Under the pieces are notes generated by a model, which worked only from the letters and a program-made list of their open reading frames with translations, was not told the DNA's origin and made no database searches. Made by a program: the position numbers and the translations under genes. A DNA stretch of 64,000 bases from the NCBI GenBank assembly GCA_951406725.2, contig OX597819.1:124124001-124188000 (forward strand). Reading direction: 5' to 3'. The first letter of the stretch is position 1. Every line of letters starts with the position of its first letter. This DNA comes from Octopus vulgaris. Taxonomy: Eukaryota. Positions 23,262 through 35,790 of this stretch are shown here, one piece after another.

Positions 23262-25923
23262 CTTTGTGTGGTTTCTCCTTATCCTTAACTTTGTCAGAAT
23301 CCACATCTTGTAAAAATTCCAATGCAGTAGAAAACCTATTCTGTTTACTAGAACCGGGTTCAAGCTCACGGGGAGAAAACCTGTGCTCTATAATAATCCT
23401 AGTGGGGTCCGTGTGGCAACGTCTGTCCCTCAGCTCGGGCAATTGTTGTGAGTGCTTAGAAACGGGAGGTTGGCTTTCGCTGTCTTCATCCAGCGATTTA
23501 TTCGTCCTCCTAGTAATGGTAAGAGTTGGTTTGGAAACACCACCAGTGAAATGATGTTCAATAATAATGTGAGAAAGTTCTTCTGCACTATTAGAAGCAT
23601 CAGTTGTACCAGTAGTGGAGTCTGGGTTATTAGATACGGGAGTTTCATCGATATGTAATACTGTCGGAGATGCACCTACATGGGACTCTTCCCTATCTGC
23701 CTCATCTATTAATTTGGGTTTTCGCATCGGAACGGGGCTGTCATTTCGGAAATTAAGCGATACTGGAGAGGATACATGTTCAATCTTTAATTCCAAAGGC
23801 TTTTTCTGTGAACTTGGGCTGTTGTGTCGCCCACATGGAAAGTGTGGATGTTTTGTTACGAGAGGTGGGAGAGGAGGTCGTCGTTGGACGGCGATTTCGA
23901 TGGGTTTTCTTGCTGGATTTTCGTTTGTTCTGCAAAGTGGTGTTGAAATATCTTCAGTAGTTCTTTTGGGAGGTTGTATGGCCAAAAACGTGGGGTTCTG
24001 AGATATTTCACAAGGTGTACCTTGCAGTTCATTAACATCCGTCAAAAATCCACTGTTTCTTTTGATTTTGTTAAATAAATAATCCCAATCATTGGCAGAT
24101 CCACGATTTCGCCGTTCGATTTTTTCCTGATTTTCAAACTTGGGGAAAAAATCAGCAAACAGGTCGCAATTTGAACGTCTGTTAAAATCATCGGCAAAAG
24201 CTCGTGATCTTCTCCGCAGTTTGAAGTTAGCAAATTCTTTCTCAAATTCCTTGAAATCTTCGTCATTGTCAAAGAAATCTGAAAAAGAATCATTTTTCCC
24301 AGTACCTTTCGCTACTGCAACATCTTGTTTAGCCCCAGCTGGACTGTGTCTAACCCTTAGTTCAGTCAGTGGTTTGTGTCCATTCGAACTACAAGCATTA
24401 CTATCCTGTTGAACATTAATTTCCATAGGAATCGAACTTCGCCCTTCACTCTCGACATCACGTTCTCTATCTCTAGTTGCAAATACTTCGTCTCCATCTT
24501 CACTGTCCTCTATTCGACCAAGTTGACCGAACACATTGAAATCATTATCCAGGTTAGCAAACTCCCGTTCGAACTCCTGGAAATTCTCATCACTTTTGAA
24601 AAAGTCCATTAACATGTCATGTGGGGCTAATGCGTTTCTGAAAGACGACGATAAATACTTCAGAGGGGGCGAGGAGTTTGAAGAACTTCGTCTGCTTATG
24701 GAACTTGCGATTCTGGCTTTATTACAACTGCTTGGCGTCGGTGAGGAAGAAATACAGGTGTTAACAAAACGAGGTTGGCATGATGACGAAGTTTCTGAAG
24801 AAGGATGTAAACTCGAAAGAGAAGCTGCTGGTGCAGTAGCAAGAGGAACAGGTAAAATATCAGAACCAAGAATTCCTCCAGAGTTACGTGTAGAGAAACT
24901 TTCCTCTTGCAATGTTAAACAATTCGCATTTTGATCATCACAGATACTATTATTGTTAAGTTTATTGCTTTGTTGATCCTGCTGGTTAATACTGGTTAAA
25001 ATTGGGCTATTACTCGGGCTGTTTTGGGCCAATTGTTCTTCAATATTTTCTGGTGTTTCGCGCAGTGGAGATGCTTGGTAGTCGTGATTACATCCACTTT
25101 TCTGAAGACTTTCTTTCAGACACTGGAAATCTTGTAATTCTTGTTTAAATTCTTCAAAATCCTGTTCGTCCGTAAACACGTTACATAAATTTCTATAAGA
25201 GTTCAAATCCTTGAGATCCGTGTATTTCAAATGGAGTATACTGTTTGGAGAAAACGTCGTTCGGCCACAACTGTTGTTCGTCTGAGTGTAATAACCACCA
25301 CTAGAACTACTACTTCCAGTATTATAAGTAGTATCTGTGTCGATAGCAGAACTACCAACTTGATGTACCGGTCGACTGTAGAAGCTACTCGGTAAATTGG
25401 ATGTACACGTAGTGTCGTCGTTAGCATCTCTCACGCCATCAACTAATTGTGAACAGCTATTAATTGAACTGTTTAAACTATTTGAAGGGTTACAATTTGT
25501 CCTGTCTTCAGTTCCTTCATCAAGCACCTGTCCTGGGGAGAGAGGGGAAACTTCATTTTGTTCCACTGGTCTGCATCGCAGATCAAATTGTAGGCGATCA
25601 CAAGAGTAGCAGTGATCTCCGGAATTGTTGCTATTAAGATCGGCACGACAGTTGTTATTGGTACAATTAGCAACAGTAATAGAAGTATTGTTATAATTGT
25701 TAGCAGCAGTAACAGCATCACAACAGCCACTGGTTGTTATAGCTTCGCTTTTATTTATGCAGTTGGCAACCGAACTAGTAGTAGTAGTCGTAGCATTACA
25801 GTCGTATCCATTAGAACTTTTTTTCTTGCAGTTACCCGTATCTGTTTGTTGTTGGTGTTGCTTTCGTGTAGGAAGTCGAAACTGGCAGGAGCGGCGGCTA
25901 AAGTATCCACTATCTTCACCCAT
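23262..25923 (-). CDS. Large coding exon (887 codons plus 1 nt, phase-1 donor) of an unidentified, mostly disordered Ser/Asn/Thr-rich protein; if unspliced the ORF reads on to TGA at 23167 (918 aa)
   Basis: 2.8-kb stop-free frame in 64 kb of AT-rich DNA. The ORF track start at 25968 is TTG; the first ATG is 25923 in ggtATGG context (MGEDSGYFS...). Strong 5' splice site CACAAAG|GTAAGC at 23262/23261, after which the sequence turns AT-rich. No globular domain recognised and no downstream exons identified. Confidence 0.8.
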
Positions 25924-26649
25924 ACCGATCGGGTGTTTTCGAGCGAGGTGGAGGGGAGCACTGCTCAACCTCCAACTTAGCTTTGTGTAGCAGTGAGATG
26001 AGGATTATGTTGCTGCTGGTATGTTGTCCCGGTGTAAAAGAAATAAGCAATCGTGATACGATGTTGGCAACGGTACCAAATACCGACCGTGTAGAAAGCC
26101 ATAAACTAGAGAAGTTGGTAAATAACAGCAGTAAGTGTGATAAGGATGAGAAAAACGATAGTTTGGCATGCTGCTGCTTTTCGTTGGAGCTGCTGATAAT
26201 TGGATGAGGAGCCTGGGGTAGGAGTTGGTCGGCGACAGGCTCTCGTTTTCTTGTTACACTCCTTCGCTTTTATCTCAGTTGATAGTCAGCAGCAGCTCCT
26301 GATGAGGTCACCCATATAGGTAAAACGTGTTACCCATTAAAGTTCTTCACGCTGACAAATAAGCGATGACTATGTTCATACAAAAGATGTTGGTGATTCC
26401 TTATGTATTAGACAATCAAATGTCGAGAGATCTCTCATTAGAGACGAGGTGCATGTCTTGACGCATTTTCCGAGAGCAAAGCAGTAGGTGTAATATTGTT
26501 ACGAAGCCTTGCTAAGTAAGATTTCTTTTTAAATATCTCCATATGGTGTGTGTACCTGAGTGAGTGCGAGAGATTATGACACGAGGAAGAAAGCGGAAAT
26601 GGTACAACTACTAATGAGGTACACACGTCTGAATGACGAAATAGTAAAT

Positions 26650-26815
26650 GTTAACTGAAGACGAATAGGAGAAACAAAGAGCAAAAACGGGGACTTAAAA
26701 CTACATGAATTGATAAAAAAAAATAATAATAATAAACCTGCTTGAGGCAGTATTGTTGGTTGAGGTCAAGTAAGTCAATAAATAGTTTTAAGTGTAACAT
26801 CTACCAATGGGCGGC
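26650..26815 (-). promoter_or_regulatory. Candidate promoter of the large exon
   Basis: Adjacent CCAAT (26804-26808) and GGGCGG (26809-26814) boxes; AGGTCA-agt-AAGTCA half-sites (26763-26777); Inr-like TCAGTT on the minus strand at 26658-26653, which also reads as a pyrimidine-tract/CAG acceptor. CpG visibly retained here. Confidence 0.4.
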
Positions 26816-27374
26816 ATGCTCGGCCAACTTTCAGCATTGTTGTGTCGTATACTATTTCATTTACATACTTGGCTCTGGTAACCAGGGTGCTTCAAAGTAG
26901 TCGCTAGTCCTGCTAGAAATAGCAGTGAAATCATATCCTCATATCACACTCTACTGTCTTTAAAAGTGTAGATAATATGGTTCCTGTATCAGAAGAACAA
27001 AACCCGTGTGGTCAAAACTGGAAATACCTTTAGCCACAGGTCTGCTAATTCTGCTCAAATTGTTTACCTAGGGCTAAACAATCTGGTTTAGTTCGCAAAG
27101 TGAACAGATATTTCAATGTAGGAACTAAGTCATGTGTGAAATAAGATATTAAATTTGAGGCTGTAATAATAAAACTAGTGAATTTACCTATGTAAATAAT
27201 TTCAATCGGCAGACACGCCTTCGCACCGAACTGTTCTATCGTTGAATCATACAAGTCACTACGTAAAACCGTAAACAATGAGTTTTCTTTGAACGGAAGT
27301 AATACTATCAACATAAAGAACCTATCATTACACTCCTTGTTCTTTTCATGAGTATTTTCTAACAACCACCTGTA

Positions 27375-27414
<40 letters not shown>

Positions 27415-28012
27415 GTAAGTACACTCCCTGTGTGATTATATTTCTTAATAATCGTTTCTACAATTGGCACAGAGCTTAACAGAGAAGGAAGAAAGGTAAA
27501 GTTGACCTCGGCGAGATTTGAACTCAGAACGTAAAAAGCCAAATCAAATCAATATCATGAAACCAAGGGGCTTCAACTGGTGAGACTTTCGTCTTTACTT
27601 CATCAGAGCACTGTATTAATAAATTTATCGACAACACTGAAATTACTTTTCTGAATAAAGATTTCATTAAAACTTAAGGGAAAAGTTTATCAACAATAGT
27701 TCGAATTGCTGCGGGTATGTTGCGCATTTCAGCCCAAACTCTGCTTTTATTCTAAAAAATTATTTTAATACCAAGATATCCGTCCTTGTGGTGAGGAGGA
27801 AAGAAATGTAACGTTTTTATATTTAAATAGATCTTTGGAAAACTTTAGTCAAAACAATTGAACAGACCCTTCATCATCAACAACAATACGTACACCACCC
27901 GTTTTCGGCGTAACAAAAACCCCTAACCTCAAACACCGGGTGTGGTGGGTATTCTTTACTTTCGCCCATTCTTATTTACAAAAGATATAAAGGTATAAAT
28001 TGAAGGTAAATA

Positions 28013-28398
28013 GGCGCAGGAGTGGCTGTGTGGTAAGTAGTTTGCTTACCAAACACTTGGTTTCGGGATCAGTCCCACTGCGTGGTACCTTGGGCAAGTG
28101 TCTTCTACTATAGCCTCGGGTTGTCCAAAGCCTTGTGAGTGGATTTGGTAGACGGAAACTGAAAGAAGCCCATCGTATATGTGTATATGTTTGTGTCTTT
28201 GTTTGTCCCCCCACCATCTCTTGACAACCGATGCTGATGTGTTTACGCCCCTGTAACTTAGCGGTTCGGCAAAAGCGACCGATAGAATAAATACTAGGCT
28301 TACAAAGAGCGAGTTGTAGGGTCGGTTTGTTCGACTAAAGGCGGTGCTCCAGCATGGCCGCAGTCAAATGAGAAAGAAATAAAAGAGTAAACGAGAAT
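28013..28398 (+). mobile_element. SINE family B, full length
   Basis: Colinear with 55776-56191. Confidence 0.85.
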
Positions 28399-29099
28399 TA
28401 CGAATCAAAATAGTTGTCCTTTTTTTTTTTAATGAAAAGATCTAGCAAGGAAAAATGTGAAATTTAGTGGATTTTGTATCTGAATGGTCTCTCTGCTGTA
28501 ATTAGCTGACTTGTAACAGATATAGTTACCTGATATAGTTATTTGTTACCTTGCAGTTTTGAGCAGAAGATTTTAATAGAGAGAGAGGGGGGAAATGACA
28601 CTTTACTTATATCCTCCTGTCATCTTTGCAAAGGAAGATTAGAAGAAAAAAAATTCTCCCAAGTATTTAAAATTTACCAAACAATATTATTCAATTTGAC
28701 TTTTAGAATGGAAGAGATGAAGCAAATTAGGTCTCCTTTAAAAAAATTAATAATTAAATTGTTTCAAACAAGACACCTTACCCACAGAACAATATAAATA
28801 CAAAATGAATTTGAAAATTGTAATTTTCTCAATAGCCTCGTTAATATAAATTAGTCTCACTCTTAGTCTTACTGACGCTTTATCCTGATTATATATATCT
28901 TAACAGCTTACATTTATCCAGCTAAAGCTCTAAATATTATACCAACTAATCCTCAATACTTAATTTTAGACTCCACCAACTCCACACAATGTTTATTGGT
29001 GGAAGGAATAAATCCTTCATATTGATTTCAAATTTGGCACAAGGCCAGCAACTTTGAGGCAAGGGGTTAGATGATTACATCATATCAAGTGTTCAGCTG

Positions 29100-29490
29100 G
29101 TACCCTAAACCATTTCCTCGTTATCCTTCTTCCGGTATTTTCTTCACTGCAGTCATTGCACGCCAAGTGCTAGGCAAAACCAATGCAGCCTCACAGGGTT
29201 TCACAGAAAGATTTTCTCAAGTGTAATGTCACCTCACCAAGTGATTCTGAGGTTCTTCTGTAGACATTGTTGGTGGAGTGTGTCCAGTTTCTTGGAGACT
29301 TTCCTTGTTTAGCATTGTTATAGCCAAACCTTCATTCACATCAGAATTGATTTTTGTCCTTGCTCCTACATTGCTAATTCTCTTGTTCACATTAATTACC
29401 ATTTCTCCATCACTGATCAATCTCACTGCCCAGGTAGAAGAAATTGTTAGCATCTTCCCCATCTTGATGTTCAATAAGGATTAAATAGTT
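29100..29490 (-). mobile_element. Old RTE-like LINE fragment
   Basis: Degenerate FFYLGS..SDG..VNKRI segment; many indels. Confidence 0.45.
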
Positions 29491-29532
29491 CACAAAAGTG
29501 TACTAACATGCACGTTTTAGTGCTTAGATAGT

Positions 29533-29829
29533 CATCATCATCATCATCATCATCATTTAACGTCCGCTTTCCATGCTAGCATGGGTTGGACGAATGACTG
29601 AGGGCTGGTGAACCAGATGGCTGCACCAGACTCCAATCTTGATTTGGCAGAGTTTCTACAGCTGGATGCCCTTCCTAATGCCAACCACTCCGAGAGTGTA
29701 GTGGGTGCTTTTACGTGCCACTGGCACAAGAGCCAGTCAGACAGTACTGACAATGACCTCGCTCGAATCTTTTTACACATGCCACCGGCACAGGTGCCAC
29801 TAAGGCGATACTGGTAACGATCACGCTCA
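29533..29829 (-). mobile_element. RTE 3'-end element, subfamily I
   Basis: (cat)n tail and conserved core. Confidence 0.85.
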
Positions 29830-30759
29830 TATGTATTTATGTATAATGGTCTTAGCTCAAATTAATAAATGTGTGTAAGCAGAACTGGGTGTTGTGTTCT
29901 TGAGCAAAAAACTTCATTTCATGTTGCTTCAGTCTTCTCAGCTGGCAAAAATGAGTAACGCTGCGATGGACTGGCATCCCATCCATGAGGAAGATATATG
30001 TATGTCACAGAATCCAGGAAATTGACATTATGAGCCAATGGCTTGGAATGGATCTTTGATCCTTTTGATATATATGCAGTACACTTGAGTATATTCCTTA
30101 GGAGACGGAAAGTCAGACAGATACGTGTTTGTACCACACTACTACTACTATGCACCTACTACTCCCACCAAAGATTGTAAAGATGAAGAAATCCAGATCA
30201 TCTTTGAATGCTTCATCTTTGTAAGCATCATCATCATCACCATCATCGTTTAAGCATGTCTGTGTATATACATGAAAATATATATATACAAGCACACACA
30301 TAGAAATGTGCATGTAGATGTGTACACACAAAAATGTATGCACTCACTAAAAGGTGTCATACCAAATAAATTCTTTCGTTGTTGACATATGAGCATGTCG
30401 GTGTGCACACGTATCACAGATATACAAGCATGAATGAACACTCATTTTCCATATTACCTGTATGTAGAGAGCATGGCTGTAGCCAGACTGAGGCAGCTGT
30501 GTTAAAAGTATTTTATATGCACTCATAAAAACTTAATACTTTATTGGCTCCCTAGCATTGCCTTTGAAGGAAAAGCTGACAGTATCGGAAAATAAATAAA
30601 ACTTATAAGGAAGGCATGTAAAATAATTGTGAGGACGTGTAACAAAGAAAAGAGGAATGGAGGGATGGAGGAAGGAAAGAGACATGCGCTTACACACATT
30701 TTTCATAGCCTAAGTGAGGCAGCTATAGTAGGGGTAGTGCTGGATTTGCATAGCCAGAC

Positions 30760-30938
30760 TCATCATCATCATCGTTTAACGTCCATTTTCCATGCTAGCA
30801 TGGGTTGGACGGTTCGACCGGGGACTGGGAAGCCAGAAGGCTGCACCAGGCTCCAGTCTGATCTGGCAGTGTTTCTACAGCTGGATGCCCTTCCTAACGC
30901 AACCACTCCGTGAGTGTAGTGGGTGCTTTTTACGTGCC
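30760..30938 (-). mobile_element. RTE 3'-end element, subfamily II
   Basis: (cat)n tail and conserved core; inverted relative to 31184-31482. Confidence 0.85.
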
Positions 30939-30939
30939 A

Positions 30940-31783
<844 letters not shown>

Positions 31784-32052
31784 AAGACTGATGAAGATGT
31801 AATTGTAGGACTAAATTTATGCCTCTGAAAATTAAATTCATCTGATCCCAAGATTGTCTAGGAAAGCAAAAGTGTGTATATGACATTATATTATTAAGAA
31901 ACCCAATAAGGTTTTAAGTTAAGAACATAAACATAGTAGTATTATTATGGCTATCTCAAACTGGTTGCTCAAATTTAGTACCACATATACACACCACAAA
32001 AGAATGAAAAGCAAAGGTTATGCTGGCAGGATTTGAACTTGGAGCAAAGTGA

Positions 32053-33121
32053 TTCAAAGCAAATAACAAGAAGCGTTCTCTCTCTGACATTCTAATAACT
32101 GCCAATTCACCACTTAAATTATAAATAATAATTTTATGGTGCTTTTTACGTGCCACCAGCACGGGGGCCAGGCGAAGCTGGCCCCCGTGCCGGTGGCATG
32201 TAAAAAGCACCATCCGTCCATGGCCGTTTGCCACCTGTGCGGGTGGCACGTAAAAAGCACCCACTACACTCATGGAGTGGTTGGTGTTAGGAAGGGCATC
32301 CAGCTGTAGAAACACTGCCAGATCAGACTGGGCCTGATGCAGCCTTCTGGCTTCACAGACCCCAGTTGAACCGTCCAACCCATGCTAGCATGGAAAACGG
32401 ACGCTAAATGATGATGATGAAAGCATTATAGTGATACTGCATTATGGAAAGAGGTATGAAGAAGATGCTATTGAATTTCTAGTCTTTTGAAACAATGAAA
32501 GGGATTAAAAACATTGACTTAATATATTCATTGCTATGGCCTATTGTTATGAGCCATTGGCTCATAATCCCATGTAAAAGACATAATAATCAGACTAAAA
32601 ATGTTTCAATGCAACATGTTTATGACAGGGTTCCTACAGACCGTTAATGTAATTTAAGACATTTACACATTCAATCAAGGTGTAAATTGAGAATTTCTTT
32701 GCATATTTACTTTTCTCTGTCTATAGGGCTGGTATTAGGCTAGTATATATTTAGAGTTAATATCCACCTAGATGGGTTGGGAAGTCACATCTCATTCAAT
32801 ACATACATGTGTAGTCTTTCTGTAGTCGTTACCCTGCTAAAATAGCAACCACACTCTATTGTTTTAGAAAAGGAGCATATAGTATGTAACCCTGGAAAGA
32901 CCAAGGGACTAAGTGATCTCAGCTGAAGTACTTTCAAACAATAGCTTAGCTGAATAAGCATTGACCTGGGACTAAATGATACCCTTTATGTTATTTTAAC
33001 AATTTATCTTAATCTGTCAGTTTTAAACAATCTCCCCACTTCCTGAACATGGGAGAAATTAGTTCAAGCGACCACCTCAATTATAATCCAAATGTTTTAA
33101 CTTGTTTTCATTTTTGCTTGA

Positions 33122-33161
<40 letters not shown>

Positions 33162-33948
33162 CAAAGCTGCACTTACAGAAAATGTCCTCCCTCCTACTCA
33201 TCACTCAACCATAAAGTGAAACAGAGTGCCAGTCAAGTAGAGTACAAAGATGTGCTTTGCTTCATAATAACTCGATTCAAATGTATTTATTTACCCCAGC
33301 AAATCAGTAAGGGAAGAATTATAGAGCAAATTAGTATAATACAAATAGCTAAAGCCATCATCATATCAAAAGAAATAAGGATGGACATAGGAGGACATGC
33401 CAGGCAAACATTAACCCAGGCTTGAACTAATTTAATTACAGCTGAGCATGTAAACATTTTTGCATTTTGTTTCCGTCAGTCATAATTACATTATATAGGA
33501 TTTGAAACTTGAACCCTACATCCTCTGCTCTGAAATATTCAGTCTATTGTGTACACACACATGTAACTAAAACTTGGTAAGTATAATGATGCTTAAATGT
33601 CATGAATTATAAAACTGTATTCGACAGTCGTACCTTCGATGGAGGACAAATTATTTTATAACAGGGTAAATGCATATGGTACCACTTTAAGAAAGGTCAG
33701 CTAATACTAACATTACTAAATGTCAAGCTCATAATAATCGGCAATAGCAATGAATATATTAAGTCAATGTTTTTAATCCCTTTCATTGTTTCAAAAGACT
33801 AGAAATTCAATAGCATCTTCTTCATACCACTTTCCGTAATACAGTATCACTGTAATGTTTTCTAAAATAAAATTATTATTTATAATTTAGGTGGTGAATT
33901 GGCAGTTATTAGAATGTCAGAGGGAACGCTTCTTGCTATTTGCTTTGA
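32053..33948. repeat. Inverted duplication of ~220 bp
   Basis: 32053-32136 plus 32421-32554 is the reverse complement of 33727-33948. Confidence 0.88.
32136..32420 (+). mobile_element. RTE 3'-end element with 5' fold-back inversion
   Basis: Core and (gat)n tail; first 36 nt are an inverted copy of the following sequence. Confidence 0.85.
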
Positions 33949-34300
33949 CTCCAAACAACCATCAAACCTTAAAATACATGAAGCACTCATGTAGAATTAC
34001 TTTTCAAGACCATTTTTCTCATGAAACATTACCCATGCATTTAAATTCATTTTTAAAATAACCACAAGTTTGGAAGTATTTTGCAAAATAATTCACTTTT
34101 CTTTATAAAACTAGCATTTGTTGCAGTTACATGATATTTTTTATCTAAAATTATAAAAAGACTGTTTTAAATATGAACATTTTGAAACAAGCAACTTTCT
34201 CTCACAGAACAAGAAGACATCCCAAGTAGGGTAGTATCAAAAGGATTAACTATAAATATGTTTAAAAAGGGAAAAACCTAGCATTTTCTGCTAGTAATTA

Positions 34301-34646
34301 CTAGCACTATGACCCGGCAACGCCGGGTCATAGTGCTAGTGCATGCGCACATACATGTGAGTACTGTCCAAATCTCCAACCAATTACATACATCTAGCTG
34401 GCATTCAATTGGCATATCAAGTTTCGGGCATTTTGATTGGGTTTTGGATAGAAAATTCACAAAAAAGTCACTTCTATTGATTTTTTAATGGCTTTACGGG
34501 GTGACTGGGGAAATGTAAAGATGTGCACGACCACCCTTGGACGGTTTTGAATGACCATAGAAAGTGCGAGCCCTCTAACTGAAAAATTGTGGATTTGTAT
34601 AAAGGACACACACACACACACATTTTGCCATTTATATATAGAGAGA
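34301..34646 (-). mobile_element. Non-autonomous Helitron
   Basis: Same family; perfect terminal palindrome. Confidence 0.82.
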
Positions 34647-35220
34647 TTACTAGAATACAAAATAAAAGAGGATAACAATGTTATTTGTATTTCGTTTTTG
34701 GATTTGGTTTGCAATGAAAAAAGAACATACATGCATGCACACGAAAAGAAAAATTCTGAAGTGTAATCCAGTAAAATATATGCTGAAAATTTTCAGAGAA
34801 ACACAATACAGAAAAAACGTTTAAATGTGTAACTATGTATCATGTTCACTCAAACTCTGGGATATAGCAAGGGTCAGCTGAAAAGTTCATCGGCTGATCA
34901 AAATACTTTTATGAAACGTGACTAAATGAAGTTTATTTTACAACGTAATCCCTTTGCTGTCCACATAATTCTTGCACTGAGGTTGCAGCACTTCAATCCA
35001 ATTGAAGGGCTTTCGTCCTGTTGGTCAAAAACAGTCATCAACAGCAGATATGACATCATCATCATCATTGGGATACTGGTTCCCAGCCAAGGGTCTTTTC
35101 ATGCTGGGGAACAGATGATAGTCAGTCAGATGGGGCCAAATCCAATGCTACAGTTATGCACAACAGTCATTGAAACCAAAGACTATGAGTTGGAGCATTC
35201 AATTTCCAAAGTGTTTGATC

Positions 35221-35790
35221 TTACTCTTTTACTTGTTTCAGTCAGTTGACTGCGGCCATGCTGGAGCACTGCCTTCAGTCGAGCAAATCGCCCCCAGGAC
35301 TTATTCTTTGTAAGCCTAGTACTTATTCTATCGGTCTCTTTTGCCGAACCACTAAGTTACGAGGACGTAAACACACCACCATCGGTTGTCAAGCAATGTT
35401 AGGGGGACAAACACAGACACACAAACGCACACACATCATCATCATCATCGTTTAACGTCCATTTTCCATGCTAGCATGGGTTGGACGGTTCAGCTGGGGT
35501 CTGGGAGGCCAGGACACTGCACCAGGCTCCAGTCTGATCTGGCAGTGTTTCTACAGCTGGATGCCCTTCCTAACGCCAACCACTCTGTGAGTGTAGTAAT
35601 ACATACATATATATATATATATACATATATACGACGGGCTTCTTTCAGTTTCCATCTACCAAATCCACTCTTAAGGCTTTGGTCGGCCCGAGGCTATAGT
35701 AGAAGACACTTGCCCATGGTGCCACGCAGTGGGACTGAACCCGGAGCCATGTGGTTGTTGGTAAGCAAGCTACTTACCACACAGCCACTC
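35221..35790 (-). mobile_element. SINE family B, interrupted by an RTE 3'-end element and inserted in a mariner remnant
   Basis: Tail half 35221-35433 and head half 35598-35790. Confidence 0.85.
35434..35597 (-). mobile_element. RTE 3'-end element nested in a SINE microsatellite
   Basis: (cat)n tail and core, flanked on both sides by the SINE at 35221-35790. Confidence 0.85.

Noticed and set aside
23262-25923. Assignment as PPP1R15/GADD34-like (uORFs, degron, large first exon)
   Set aside because: No RVxF/RARA-type domain is seen in the window; the similarity is only in regulatory logic.
25924-25968. ORF-track start MSSAPLHL at 25968
   Set aside because: The codon is TTG; the first in-frame ATG after the upstream stop is 25923.
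23213-26207. Plus-strand ORFs overlapping the large exon
   Set aside because: Short antisense shadows of the coding frame with no independent signal.
27565-27612. Minus-strand CTGATGA-AGTAAAGAC-GAAA hammerhead-like word
   Set aside because: Stem II is only 2 bp and stems I and III do not close convincingly.
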